From Candidatus Yanofskybacteria bacterium RIFCSPHIGHO2_01_FULL_41_26 (GTDB lineage: Bacteria > Patescibacteriota > Minisyncoccia > 2-02-FULL-40-12 > GWA2-44-9), in assembly GCA_001794055.1 (NCBI GenBank), contig MGJB01000012.1, positions 1,124 to 65,123 on the forward strand: DNA of 64,000 nucleotides. The letters run 5' to 3'. The position numbers and the translations under genes are program-made. The notes beneath the pieces are model-generated. The model searched no databases. It saw only the letters and a program-made list of their open reading frames with translations, and was not told the origin of the DNA. This document shows, in pieces, positions 33,030 through 41,735 of the stretch; positions within the stretch are counted from its first letter, which is position 1; every line of letters starts with the position of its first letter.

Positions 33030-33429
33030 AATCCTTTAAGCCCCCCCCCGGCTTTTACCGGTACTTCAAAAAGTTAAAGCCGCTTATTTGATTTGGTTTA
33101 AATTTTATCAGATCATACCGAAAGCCCATAGACACACGCTTGGCCAACAGATAGACACGCTTTGGATAGAATTGATAAAGACATTGGCCACGGCGACATT
33201 TCTTCAAAGGCAGGAAAAACTGCCCTATGTCCGTTTGGCTATCCAGAAAGTTGATACGCTAAAAGTGCTTTTGATGATTCTTTGGGAAGCCGGCTCGCTT
33301 CAAAACGAACAATACATTTCTCTTTCAATACCCATCGAAGAGATCGGTAAAAATCTCGGCGGTTGGAGTGGCCAGCTTGAAAAACAAAACTCCCCCACCT
33401 CGCCAAACGGCAAAGCGGGGAAGAAATAA
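33006..33429 (+). CDS. avd: Avd-like four-helix-bundle accessory protein, frameshifted at C9 (33041-33049); ORF track start 33088 is a TTG
   Basis: PKAHRHTLGQQI...EIGKNLGGW. Losing one C joins ATG33006 (MSEFNSRHNPLSPP) to RLLPVLQKVKAAYLIW. Confidence 0.8.
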
Positions 33430-33435
33430 AGATGG

Positions 33436-33564
33436 TTGCGAGCACGGCCGAGGGGTTGTTGGCGTTACGATCGTTGTCGAGCCAGTTGTAGTTCCAGTTC
33501 CACGAACCGTCGTTGTTGAAGTAGAGGTAAAGCATGTAACGATTGCCGTTCGGGCTGCGCAGTA
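33436..33564 (-). ncRNA. DGR template repeat (TR), 129 bp
   Basis: AAC/TAC-rich; identical to 33915-34043 except at 24 TR adenines. Confidence 0.95.
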
Positions 33565-33651
33565 TTGTATAGCATGCCTTCATGGTCATCACTGCCCATC
33601 GAGTACTCTCCGGGCTGTATCGCATTCGGTATCATAATACCATAGCATCCC

Positions 33652-33788
33652 ATACCAAGTATCTTCATTTTTTGAAGTTTCTGCATGCACCACACTATTT
33701 CAAACGCATGGTCGAAAATATTCTGGATGCATGGATACTGGCTTCGGTAGCGGAAAACACATGGTCGCCCGCATATTCACCTATCGCC
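33652..33788 (-). ncRNA. Putative structured RNA upstream of TR (copy 1)
   Basis: Homologous to 40746-40880 with compensatory stem changes. Confidence 0.6.
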
Positions 33789-33826
33789 GAAAACATATTA
33801 ACACAACGTATTTAAATAAAAAACAA

Positions 33827-33861
33827 ATCCTGTCGGGAGACACAGCGTCTCCCGACAGGAT
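33827..33861 (-). terminator. Perfect 15-bp hairpin downstream of VR1 (DGR target hairpin and/or terminator)
   Basis: ATCCTGTCGGGAGAC-ACAGC-GTCTCCCGACAGGAT, followed by a T-rich run on the minus strand. Confidence 0.8.
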
Positions 33862-33903
33862 AAGGGCTAAGTTACAAAGGGCTAGAGCTAACACCCTAAG
33901 AAC

Positions 33904-34584
33904 TTAGTTCTGACTTGCGAGCACGGCCGAGGGGTCGCCGGCGCTACGACCGCGGCCGAGCCAGTCGCAGCCCCAGCCCCACGAACCGCCGCCGTCGAAG
34001 CAGAGGCAAAGCACGCAACGATCGCCGTCCGGGCTGCGCAGTACGACGCCGTCGAAGAAAATGAACTGGATGTCGCCATTCACTCTCTCCTTGAAGCGCG
34101 CCGGGAGTTGTTCGCGGTTCTCCCAGAACGCCTTGAAGGCGTTCTCATCCAGACGGATGCGGCCGTCGGACTTGAGACGCTTGACACGTACCTCGCCGGT
34201 CATGACTGACTCGCCTCGCTTGAGACAAGTGACGAGTTGGACTTTGTCGAGGCCTAACTCGGCCAGCGCGGCCGAACGGAGGTCTCTCTCCTCCTCGCCC
34301 TCCAGACCGTCACCGCTGGCCGGTCCGCGCCATACGCTCCAACCGGCGCCGATGAATGTGGCGGGGTTGAACAGCTTGGAACGGTCAATCGGGATGACGT
34401 GAGGTTTGGCAGAAACGTCGACAGCGATCGGTTTGACCACCGCTCCGCCCCGAAGAATTGTCAGCAACCCCCTGACCAGAGCATTGTTTTCGGCGAAGTT
34501 GTTCAGCTCCGCCGGAGTTCCACCCTCTGCGTCCCATGTAGCACACACCCTGTCCGCGAGCCCAACGCTAAATTCTGACTTCAT
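33904..34584 (-). CDS. DGR target protein 1
   Basis: C-terminus encoded by VR; AAGGAGGAG RBS; TTGACT-N17-TATAAT at 34755-34783. Confidence 0.92.
   Translation of the reverse strand: MKSEFSVGLADRVCATWDAEGGTPAELNNFAENNALVRGLLTILRGGAVVKPIAVDVSAKPHVIPIDRSKLFNPATFIGAGWSVWRGPASGDGLEGEEERDLRSAALAELGLDKVQLVTCLKRGESVMTGEVRVKRLKSDGRIRLDENAFKAFWENREQLPARFKERVNGDIQFIFFDGVVLRSPDGDRCVLCLCFDGGGSWGWGCDWLGRGRSAGDPSAVLASQN
33915..34043 (-). repeat. DGR variable repeat VR1
   Basis: Ungapped 129-bp match to TR; 20-bp invariant GC-rich 3' end. Confidence 0.95.
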
Positions 34585-34901
34585 GACTCCTCCTTGCGAC
34601 TATCGGATCAAGGTCCGACCTGGTCGCCCACGCGCTTGACCACCGGAATTGGCAGTCATAGCGAAAAATCGTCTATCCGTTCTTAAATAAACCTTTTTTC
34701 GCTATGACCGCTCTCGCAAATAAGTATTTAAGGTACTTCCTAACTATACCTATAATTATAAGCCTTTTCAGCCACAAAGTCAATACCTCGTAATGGTTCA
34801 ATGGCTTGGAATCACTAAGGGTGTAATAGAGGCTACCTACCAGCAGGCAGGTGTCACCGGTTGAATTTTAATCCTTTTGGTGCTATCGTTATAACTACGC
34901 T

Positions 34902-35249
34902 ATGATTGGTTTTGTAATCAGAATATTGGGCAATTCATTGGCTCTATATGTGGCTTATTGGCTTGTTCCCGGCTTTATCGTAAGCGGAAGCTGGAAAGAG
35001 TATTTATTGGCCGGAGCGTTTCTGGGGTTGCTTAACCTTATCGTCAAACCAATCCTGAAAGCGATATCCATGCCGATAATAATCCTGACTCTCGGACTTT
35101 TCATTTTGGTCATCAACGGGTTGCTTTTATGGACAGTTGATTATATATTTGACTTCGTGTCCATCAAAGACGTAACCGCGCTTTTATACGCCGTCATAGT
35201 GGTTGCGATAGTCAATCTGATTATATCAATGACCGCAAAGGCGGTTTAA
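34902..35249 (+). CDS. 4-TM phage-holin-family (YvlD-like) membrane protein
   Basis: LGLLNLIVKPIL...P...LTLGLF.LVING. Confidence 0.88.
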   Translation: MIGFVIRILGNSLALYVAYWLVPGFIVSGSWKEYLLAGAFLGLLNLIVKPILKAISMPIIILTLGLFILVINGLLLWTVDYIFDFVSIKDVTALLYAVIVVAIVNLIISMTAKAV

Positions 35250-35256
35250 CTAAAAA

Positions 35257-35481
35257 ATGAATACCATACAAATATTAACTTATGCTCAGATTGGATTATC
35301 TTTGTTGCTTATTGCATCTGTTTTGCTGCAACAGCGCGGAACAGGGCTATCTTCAACTTTCGGGGGCGGCTCTTTGGAATACAGTACCAAAAGAGGCGCA
35401 GAGAAAATAATTTTTTGGACTACAATAGTTTTAGCCGTCCTATTTCTGGCTGTATCCGTCGCCAGAGTCTTTTTTGCTTAA
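35257..35481 (+). CDS. secG: Preprotein translocase subunit SecG
   Basis: VLLQQRGTGLSSTFGG, TKRGAEK. Confidence 0.92.
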   Translation: MNTIQILTYAQIGLSLLLIASVLLQQRGTGLSSTFGGGSLEYSTKRGAEKIIFWTTIVLAVLFLAVSVARVFFA

Positions 35482-35657
35482 CTAATAGTTTAGAGCGCAG
35501 CGCGTTTGGACAGATTCGAGGCAAAAGATGAGTATCGGACGAGCCATACTGAAGTATGGTGAGGACGAAACGGAATCTTTTAACGAAGAAGCTGGCTAAA
35601 CCCTTTAGGGCTCGTGCCAACCAAAGCTTTGGTTGGAGAGCGCGCAAGTTATAATAT

Positions 35658-37496
35658 ATGTTCAAAGACAATAATCAACTCGATGATTTCTTCGGTTTAA
35701 AACCGGGCAACCTGCCAGCTGATGGAAAAAACCGATCTGTCGATCGGCGAAAAGAAAGCATTAAAGAAACAATCTTAAACAAAATTAGTATTGCTAAAAT
35801 AAGACTACTGCCAAAGGTTCTTTCTCCAAAAGAAAGATACCTGACCCTGGTTTTTTTGCTTATATTTGTCGGATCTTTAATCTCGCTGCCGCTCACAATT
35901 TTTTACCACTACACCAAAGTTGCGCCCGATTACGGCGGATCTTTCGTTGAGGGAATAGTCGGCGAACCTCATTACATAAACCCCCTCCTCTCTCAAAACA
36001 ATGATGTTGATCGAGATTTAGTGAGCTTAATTTATTCCGGATTAATGAAATACAACGATGAAGGAAAGCTCGTTCCCGACCTTGCTAAGTCTTATGAAAT
36101 ATCCAGCGACGGCTTGAATTACACCATATACCTAAAAGAAAATGCGAAGTGGCAAGACGGCACTTTGGTAACTGCTGACGATGTTGTGTTCACTGTTCAA
36201 ACAGCTCAAAACCCCGATTACGGAAGTTTGCAAAGAATAAATTGGCAGGGTGTAGATGCTGAGGTGGTAGATAATCATACGGTAATACTGAAATTAAAAA
36301 ATAAATACGCCCAATTTCTCAACAATCTAACTCTTAACATTCTGCCGCGGCACATTTGGCAAGATGTTAAACCTGTAAACTTTGCTCTTTCTGATTTTAA
36401 TCTAAAACCAATCGGCTCCGGTCCATATAAATTTAAAAAACTCAAAAAAAATTCTACCAGCAGAATAAAATCATACGAACTTGAATCAAATAAAAGTTTC
36501 TATGACGGCCGGCCATATATCAACAAAATCGAGCTCAAATTTTATGACTCAGAAGACGAAATGTTAAATGAATACAACAAGAATAGCATGGAAAACATGG
36601 CCTTTGTTTCAGCCAACAACCTCAAAAAGGTCAAGTTTAAAAAACGACTCAACATAGAAGAACTTAAACTTCCGAGATATTTCGGAATATTTTTCAATCA
36701 GAATGAGGCCAAAATACTTTCCGATAAAAACATCCGGTTGGCCTTAAGCTATGGCACAGACAAAAAAGATCTGATAAACAAAATACTTGACGGAAAAGGC
36801 GTAGAAACAAACTCACCAATAATAGGGGATGTTTTGGGCATTACCGGTGATATAAAAACATATGATTATAACGTAGATAAGGCCAAGAAATTTCTTGCCG
36901 ACTCTGGTTGGGGCAATCCTGACGACAAAGGAATTTTAAGCAAAACAGAAAAAGCCAAATCCAAAAAAGACACGCCCGCAAGTGAAAAATTGACTCTACA
37001 TTTAACTACCCCCACATGGTCTGAACTTGCAAATGTTGCCAATTTATTAAAGGAACAGTGGGCTAAGATTGGAGTAGAATTGATTGTTGAAACATTACCG
37101 ACACAAAACCTTCAGCGGGCAATAAAAGAAAGGAGCTACCAGATGCTTCTTTTTGGGGAAATTTTGAACATAGATCCCGACCCATTTAGCTTGTGGCACT
37201 CTTCCCAAAAGCGCGACCCAGGGTTGAATTTGGCTCTTTACAACAACAAGTCTGTCGATGACCTCCTGGAAAAAGCCCGACAAACACTGAACCCCCTGGA
37301 ACGAATGAAACAGTATCAAGACTTACAAAAATTAATAATTGAAGATGCTCCGGTTGTGTTTTTATATAATCCTTTGTACCTCTACGCCCAAACTCATAAC
37401 ATTAAAGGATTCAATAACAAGATAATCTCCATGCCTTCGGACAGATTTTCCAATGTAGAGAAGTGGTACATAAATACCAAAAGAATCTTCAGATAA
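35658..37496 (+). CDS. ABC peptide/nickel transporter substrate-binding protein (family 5)
   Basis: LIYSGL, VPDLA, KWQDG..VTADDVVFT, PIGSGPYK. Confidence 0.92.
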   Translation: MFKDNNQLDDFFGLKPGNLPADGKNRSVDRRKESIKETILNKISIAKIRLLPKVLSPKERYLTLVFLLIFVGSLISLPLTIFYHYTKVAPDYGGSFVEGIVGEPHYINPLLSQNNDVDRDLVSLIYSGLMKYNDEGKLVPDLAKSYEISSDGLNYTIYLKENAKWQDGTLVTADDVVFTVQTAQNPDYGSLQRINWQGVDAEVVDNHTVILKLKNKYAQFLNNLTLNILPRHIWQDVKPVNFALSDFNLKPIGSGPYKFKKLKKNSTSRIKSYELESNKSFYDGRPYINKIELKFYDSEDEMLNEYNKNSMENMAFVSANNLKKVKFKKRLNIEELKLPRYFGIFFNQNEAKILSDKNIRLALSYGTDKKDLINKILDGKGVETNSPIIGDVLGITGDIKTYDYNVDKAKKFLADSGWGNPDDKGILSKTEKAKSKKDTPASEKLTLHLTTPTWSELANVANLLKEQWAKIGVELIVETLPTQNLQRAIKERSYQMLLFGEILNIDPDPFSLWHSSQKRDPGLNLALYNNKSVDDLLEKARQTLNPLERMKQYQDLQKLIIEDAPVVFLYNPLYLYAQTHNIKGFNNKIISMPSDRFSNVEKWYINTKRIFR

Positions 37497-37605
37497 CCGC
37501 CCCCTTGCATTATTTATAAACTTAGTGTATACTTATGATAACGTTAAGTTTCTCATGTCTTATTAAAACCTCGATATCAAATAAGTAGTTCTTTTTTGTC
37601 CATTT

Positions 37606-37689
37606 GGGCGAGTGATGAAACTGGCAGACATGTAGCGTTCAGAGCGCTATGAGCGAAAGCTCGTGGGAGTTCAAATCTCCCCTCGCCCA
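37606..37689 (+). tRNA. tRNA-Leu(CAG)
   Basis: GGGCGAG/CTCGCCC acceptor stem, TAGCG-TTCAGAG-CGCTA anticodon arm, variable arm, GTTCAAATC; CCA not encoded. Confidence 0.95.
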
Positions 37690-37784
37690 CAAACTAAACC
37701 TCTTATTAATCACGAAGCATTAGGCGTGAAGCGTAATTAATTTATCTACGATTCAAGTTTTAAGTTTCAGGATTTAAGTCAGTA

Positions 37785-39575
37785 ATGATGAGTCCAAAAA
37801 GTCCTAGACAGCCGTCAGTCAAACGACGCTGGATGAAACCGGTCGTCAGACAGATAAGGGTTTTCAAAAGCGAAAAAGATATTCTGCATAAACCAACCGA
37901 AAACAAAGTCGGCGGTCTTAAAATTATCCATTTCGGCGGATTAGGCGAAGTGGGACGGAACATGTCAGCAGTTCAATATGACAATGAAATAATATTAATT
38001 GATGCCGGTGTAAGATTTCCGAGAGAAGACATGCCGGGAATAGACTTCATAATTCCCAATGCCGGTTACTTGGACGACAAAAAACATATGGTTAAGGCCA
38101 TGTTTTTTACCCATGGCCACATGGACCACATCGGGGCCTTGCCGTTCATAAGAGATAGGATCGGCGATCCTGATATTTATGCCGCCCCATTGACCAAAGC
38201 CATTCTCATCAAAAGACAGGATGATTTTAAATTTCAAAAGCCACTGGAAATCAATGAAATAAAGGCCGGAGACGAAATAAAAATAAGCGATAAACTAACC
38301 GTTAAAGTTCTCCGCATCAACCACTCCATTCCTGACGACCTTGAAATAGTTATTAAAACTCCGATAGGCAGTGTTGTCCACACTTCTGATTTTAAATTTG
38401 ACAACACTCCGGTCAATGATCTGCCCGCCGATATTGATGAAATGAAAAAGCTCGGCGAGGAAGGGGTTTTAGTTTTGATGTCGGATTCTACCGGCGCCGA
38501 GAAAGAAGGCCACTCACTATCGGAACAGCAGGTCACGGCCAGTCTTGAAAAACTTTTCAGCGAGGCAACAGGAATGATTATCCTTGGAACTTTCGCTTCT
38601 CTGATAAACCGCATCCAGCAAATTATCACCATCTCAGAAAAATTCGGCAAAAAAGTCGTCTTCGACGGATATTCAATGAAAACAAATGTCGAAATCTGTA
38701 AAAAACTTGGCTATCTGAAAATTAAAAAGGGTACCCAGATTAGTATGGAAGAAGTTAACAGCTATCCTAAAGAAAAAGTTGTCGCCTGCGTTACTGGAGC
38801 CCAAGGAGAAGGAAATGCCGTTCTGATGAGAATCGCCAACGGCGAACACCGCCACCTAAGAACAACCAAAAACGATACTTATATTTTCTCATCTTCGGTT
38901 ATTCCTGGAAATGAAGTTGATGTTCAATTTTTAAAAGACCAGCTTTATAGGAACGGGGCAAAAGTTTTCAATTATTACATGCTTGATGTCCATACTGGCG
39001 GACATGGACAAAAAGAGGATTTAAGAGAAATGATAAAATTGCTTAAGCCTAAATTCATGTTCCCTATCCATGGCCAATATTCAATGATGGTCAATCACGG
39101 TTTAATGGCCCAAGAGGAAAACATTCCCGAAGCAAACATAATAATTGCCGACAACGGAACGGTAGTTAACATAGAAAAAGAAAAATGGTGGTTTGATAAA
39201 ATGCGTGCTCCTTCTGATTATGTTTTTGTTGACGGACTCGGTATCGGCGATATTGGCAATGTTGTGCTTCGTGATCGTCAGGTTTTATCCGAAGATGGAA
39301 TGTTTGTAATTGTCGTCCTAATTCATTCCAAAACCGGCACCGTACGAGGCAGTCCGGATATTATTTCCCGTGGATTCATCTACCTTAAGGAAAATAAAGA
39401 GCTTTTATCTCAAGTCCGAAAACGGATTAAATTCATCGTTGAGGGCAAAGGCGCTCATCAACAGCCGAATCTGCCATTCCTCAAAGACGCCATCCGAAAT
39501 CAAATCGGCCTCTTTCTCTTTCAAAAAACCGAACGAAGACCAATGATACTACCAGTCTTGATTGAAGTTGATTAA
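37785..39575 (+). CDS. rnj: Ribonuclease J
   Basis: GGLGEVGRN, THGHMDHIG, HSIPD, HTGGHG, RRPMILP. Confidence 0.96.
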   Translation: MMSPKSPRQPSVKRRWMKPVVRQIRVFKSEKDILHKPTENKVGGLKIIHFGGLGEVGRNMSAVQYDNEIILIDAGVRFPREDMPGIDFIIPNAGYLDDKKHMVKAMFFTHGHMDHIGALPFIRDRIGDPDIYAAPLTKAILIKRQDDFKFQKPLEINEIKAGDEIKISDKLTVKVLRINHSIPDDLEIVIKTPIGSVVHTSDFKFDNTPVNDLPADIDEMKKLGEEGVLVLMSDSTGAEKEGHSLSEQQVTASLEKLFSEATGMIILGTFASLINRIQQIITISEKFGKKVVFDGYSMKTNVEICKKLGYLKIKKGTQISMEEVNSYPKEKVVACVTGAQGEGNAVLMRIANGEHRHLRTTKNDTYIFSSSVIPGNEVDVQFLKDQLYRNGAKVFNYYMLDVHTGGHGQKEDLREMIKLLKPKFMFPIHGQYSMMVNHGLMAQEENIPEANIIIADNGTVVNIEKEKWWFDKMRAPSDYVFVDGLGIGDIGNVVLRDRQVLSEDGMFVIVVLIHSKTGTVRGSPDIISRGFIYLKENKELLSQVRKRIKFIVEGKGAHQQPNLPFLKDAIRNQIGLFLFQKTERRPMILPVLIEVD

Positions 39576-39653
39576 AAAATAGCTCACACAACATCTATGC
39601 ATAAGGATGCAGATCAACTGGAATAGTTATTAAATTTAAGTTAATCTATAACT

Positions 39654-40655
39654 ATGATCAAAGTATTTTCTGGCATACGCCCAAGTGGAAAGTTGCATCT
39701 GGGCAACTACCTCGGGGCAATAAAGAATTGGGTGGAACTGCAAAATGAAGCCGATCAGGTAATTTTTATGATTGCTGATTATCACGCAATCACTACACCT
39801 TACGACCCCAAAACATACCAACAACAAATAATGGATGTTGTTTTGGATTATCTTGCTGCCGGAGTTAATCCCGACAAGGCCTTGCTTATTCGTCAATCCA
39901 AAGTTCCTCAGCACACGGAACTTGCCTGGATTTTCAATACTATTTCTCCAATCGGATGGTTAGACAGATTACCAACATATAAAGAAAAGCAAGACCAAAT
40001 AGAAGAATCTGCCAACCCAAAAGCGGCCAGTTGGAAAAACAATATGGGCATTTTGGACTACCCAGTTTTGATGGCAGCTGACATTTTAATTTACAAATCA
40101 AACTTAATTCCTGTCGGCAATGAGCAACTGAAACACCTGGACGTCACTAACGAAATAGCTAAAAAATTTAACTACCTTTTTGGTGAAATATTTGAGTCAA
40201 CCAAACCGCATCTCACAGAAGGAGCACACATATTATCCCTCCAAGATCCAAAAAGGAAAATGTCCAAAACAGGAGATGAGGGAATTGCTCTTTCGGACTC
40301 GCCAGACGAAATAATAAAAAAAATTAAAAAAGCCGTCACCGATTCCAGTAAAGAAATAATATTCAATACTGACTCAAAACCGGCCGTTTCAAACTTGATC
40401 ACCATCTATCACCTGCTCTCCGGCCAAAAAATCAAAAAAATCGAAGAAATGTATGAGGGCAAATCTTATGTTGAATTCAAATCCGATTTAGCCGAAGTAG
40501 TTGTAGAATTTCTAAAACCTTTCCAGGAAAAATACCAAGAGCTTCAAAAAACCCCCGACTACACAACGTCTGTTTTGACAAAGTCGGAAGAAAAAGCTAA
40601 AGTCTTGGCCAATTCTACGCTAAAAGAAGTCAAAGAAAAGATGGGGTTGGAATGA
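39654..40655 (+). CDS. trpS: Tryptophan--tRNA ligase
   Basis: HLGN, YPVLMAADIL, KMSKT. Confidence 0.96.
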   Translation: MIKVFSGIRPSGKLHLGNYLGAIKNWVELQNEADQVIFMIADYHAITTPYDPKTYQQQIMDVVLDYLAAGVNPDKALLIRQSKVPQHTELAWIFNTISPIGWLDRLPTYKEKQDQIEESANPKAASWKNNMGILDYPVLMAADILIYKSNLIPVGNEQLKHLDVTNEIAKKFNYLFGEIFESTKPHLTEGAHILSLQDPKRKMSKTGDEGIALSDSPDEIIKKIKKAVTDSSKEIIFNTDSKPAVSNLITIYHLLSGQKIKKIEEMYEGKSYVEFKSDLAEVVVEFLKPFQEKYQELQKTPDYTTSVLTKSEEKAKVLANSTLKEVKEKMGLE

Positions 40656-40745
40656 TAGATTGGCGAACAGTAAAAAGAAAAAATTTTATTAAAACCTACC
40701 CGTAAACCCGGAGAGACCGTTTTATTTCGATTAGAAGCGCTGTAT

Positions 40746-40880
40746 ATACCAAGTTTCTTTTGTTTTTGAGTTTCACATATACCACGCTATCCCAAACCGT
40801 AGTCAGAGATACTCTGGGTTATATGGATACTGGGGTTCGGTAGCGGGAAACCTTAATCTCCCACATATTCACCTATAGCC
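40746..40880 (-). ncRNA. Putative structured RNA (copy 2)
   Basis: Homologous to 33652-33788. Confidence 0.55.
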
Positions 40881-40973
40881 TATTTTATAGTTTATCAGAA
40901 ATTGAAAAGACCCGCACGATGCGGGCCTTGAAGATGTACGCACACCTTCGAAGCTTTGCGGCGAAACGCCGCT

Positions 40974-41027
40974 CCAAGGACCAAGGGTCCAAGGTCAAAT
41001 GCTGACCAAGGAGCCAAGTTCCAAGGA
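40974..41027. repeat. Six short CCAAG(G) repeats directly after the target-2 stop
   Basis: ccaagga ccaagggt ccaaggt ... ccaaggag ccaagtt ccaagga. Confidence 0.75.
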
Positions 41028-41735
41028 CTAACTTGCGAGCACCGCCGCAGGATTGTTGCCGTGGAAGCGGTAGCCCAGCCAGCGGTAGCCCCAGCGCCAC
41101 GCACCGTCGTCCCAGAACAGAAACCGGACACACAGGCTGCCGTTGGAGTTGCGGTAGATGGTCCCCCAAAAGAATACGTACTTGCCTTTCCATTCCTCTG
41201 GGATGAGCTCCGGGTGAGCCAGCAGGTAGTCCAGGACATTGGCGTTGAGCACGGGCTCGGACGCCAGCTCCTTACGGAGCTTGTTACCCTCAATGCACTT
41301 GCTGTCCATCTGGTTTGGCGAGAGGTGGAGCTTGATCTTGGACAGGTCCAGTTTGAACTGGCCACCCTTTTTGTGATTCTCCACTCCTCTCCAGCCCTGC
41401 GGCAGGAAGGGGTCGGCGTCGCAGTCGATCACATGTTGGACCAGTCCAACTCTCGCAGCCCCGCAAAGGGCTTGCCGAACGAGTTGTAGCAAGTCCTTCC
41501 GTCCGGCCAGTGCCCGAATTTGTCCGGGTGTGAAGCCGAGCCGAACGAGGACATCCTCGAGTTCCAGTGCGGCCCACACGCTTGGGTCCGTTTTGTGAAC
41601 CCTGGCTGTGGTTGCCTGGCTCCACGAAGACGCCTTCCTCAAGACCTCGAAGTCGTGAGGGGTCACGCCCAACCGGTCTAAAATCTCAACGGTTGCGTGA
41701 AGTTCCGAATGCGGCATTTTGATCAGATCTCCCAT
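41028..41735 (-). CDS. Paralog of the DGR target protein (target 2, with a VR-like C-terminus)
   Basis: Ends W.W.Y.WL......NPAAVLAS like target 1; shared upstream motifs; ATG41735 after AAAGGAG; TTGACT-N16-TATAAT at 41913-41940. Confidence 0.85.
   Translation of the reverse strand: MGDLIKMPHSELHATVEILDRLGVTPHDFEVLRKASSWSQATTARVHKTDPSVWAALELEDVLVRLGFTPGQIRALAGRKDLLQLVRQALCGAARVGLVQHVIDCDADPFLPQGWRGVENHKKGGQFKLDLSKIKLHLSPNQMDSKCIEGNKLRKELASEPVLNANVLDYLLAHPELIPEEWKGKYVFFWGTIYRNSNGSLCVRFLFWDDGAWRWGYRWLGYRFHGNNPAAVLAS

Larger units (their letters stand above)
32025..34783. mobile_element. Diversity-generating retroelement (target/VR, hairpin, structured leader, TR, antisense avd, RT)
   Basis: RT, Avd-like ORF and a TR/VR pair differing only at TR adenines. 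Confidence 0.95.

Noticed and set aside
33239-33625. 128-aa ORF resembling the target C-terminus
   Set aside because: It is the TR read in frame plus antisense avd; no clear RBS, so not called as a gene
34902-35249. Prophage, suggested by the holin-family gene
   Set aside because: A common chromosomal membrane family, here beside secG; no phage structural, lysin or integrase genes nearby
35524-35580. Hammerhead ribozyme (GATGAG...GAAAC)
   Set aside because: Core order and the three required stems cannot be assembled
40974-41027. CRISPR array
   Set aside because: Units are only 5-8 bp with no spacers; no array seen anywhere in the window
41033-41160. VR2 as a current target of TR 33436-33564
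   Set aside because: Many non-adenine mismatches and a 3-bp gap
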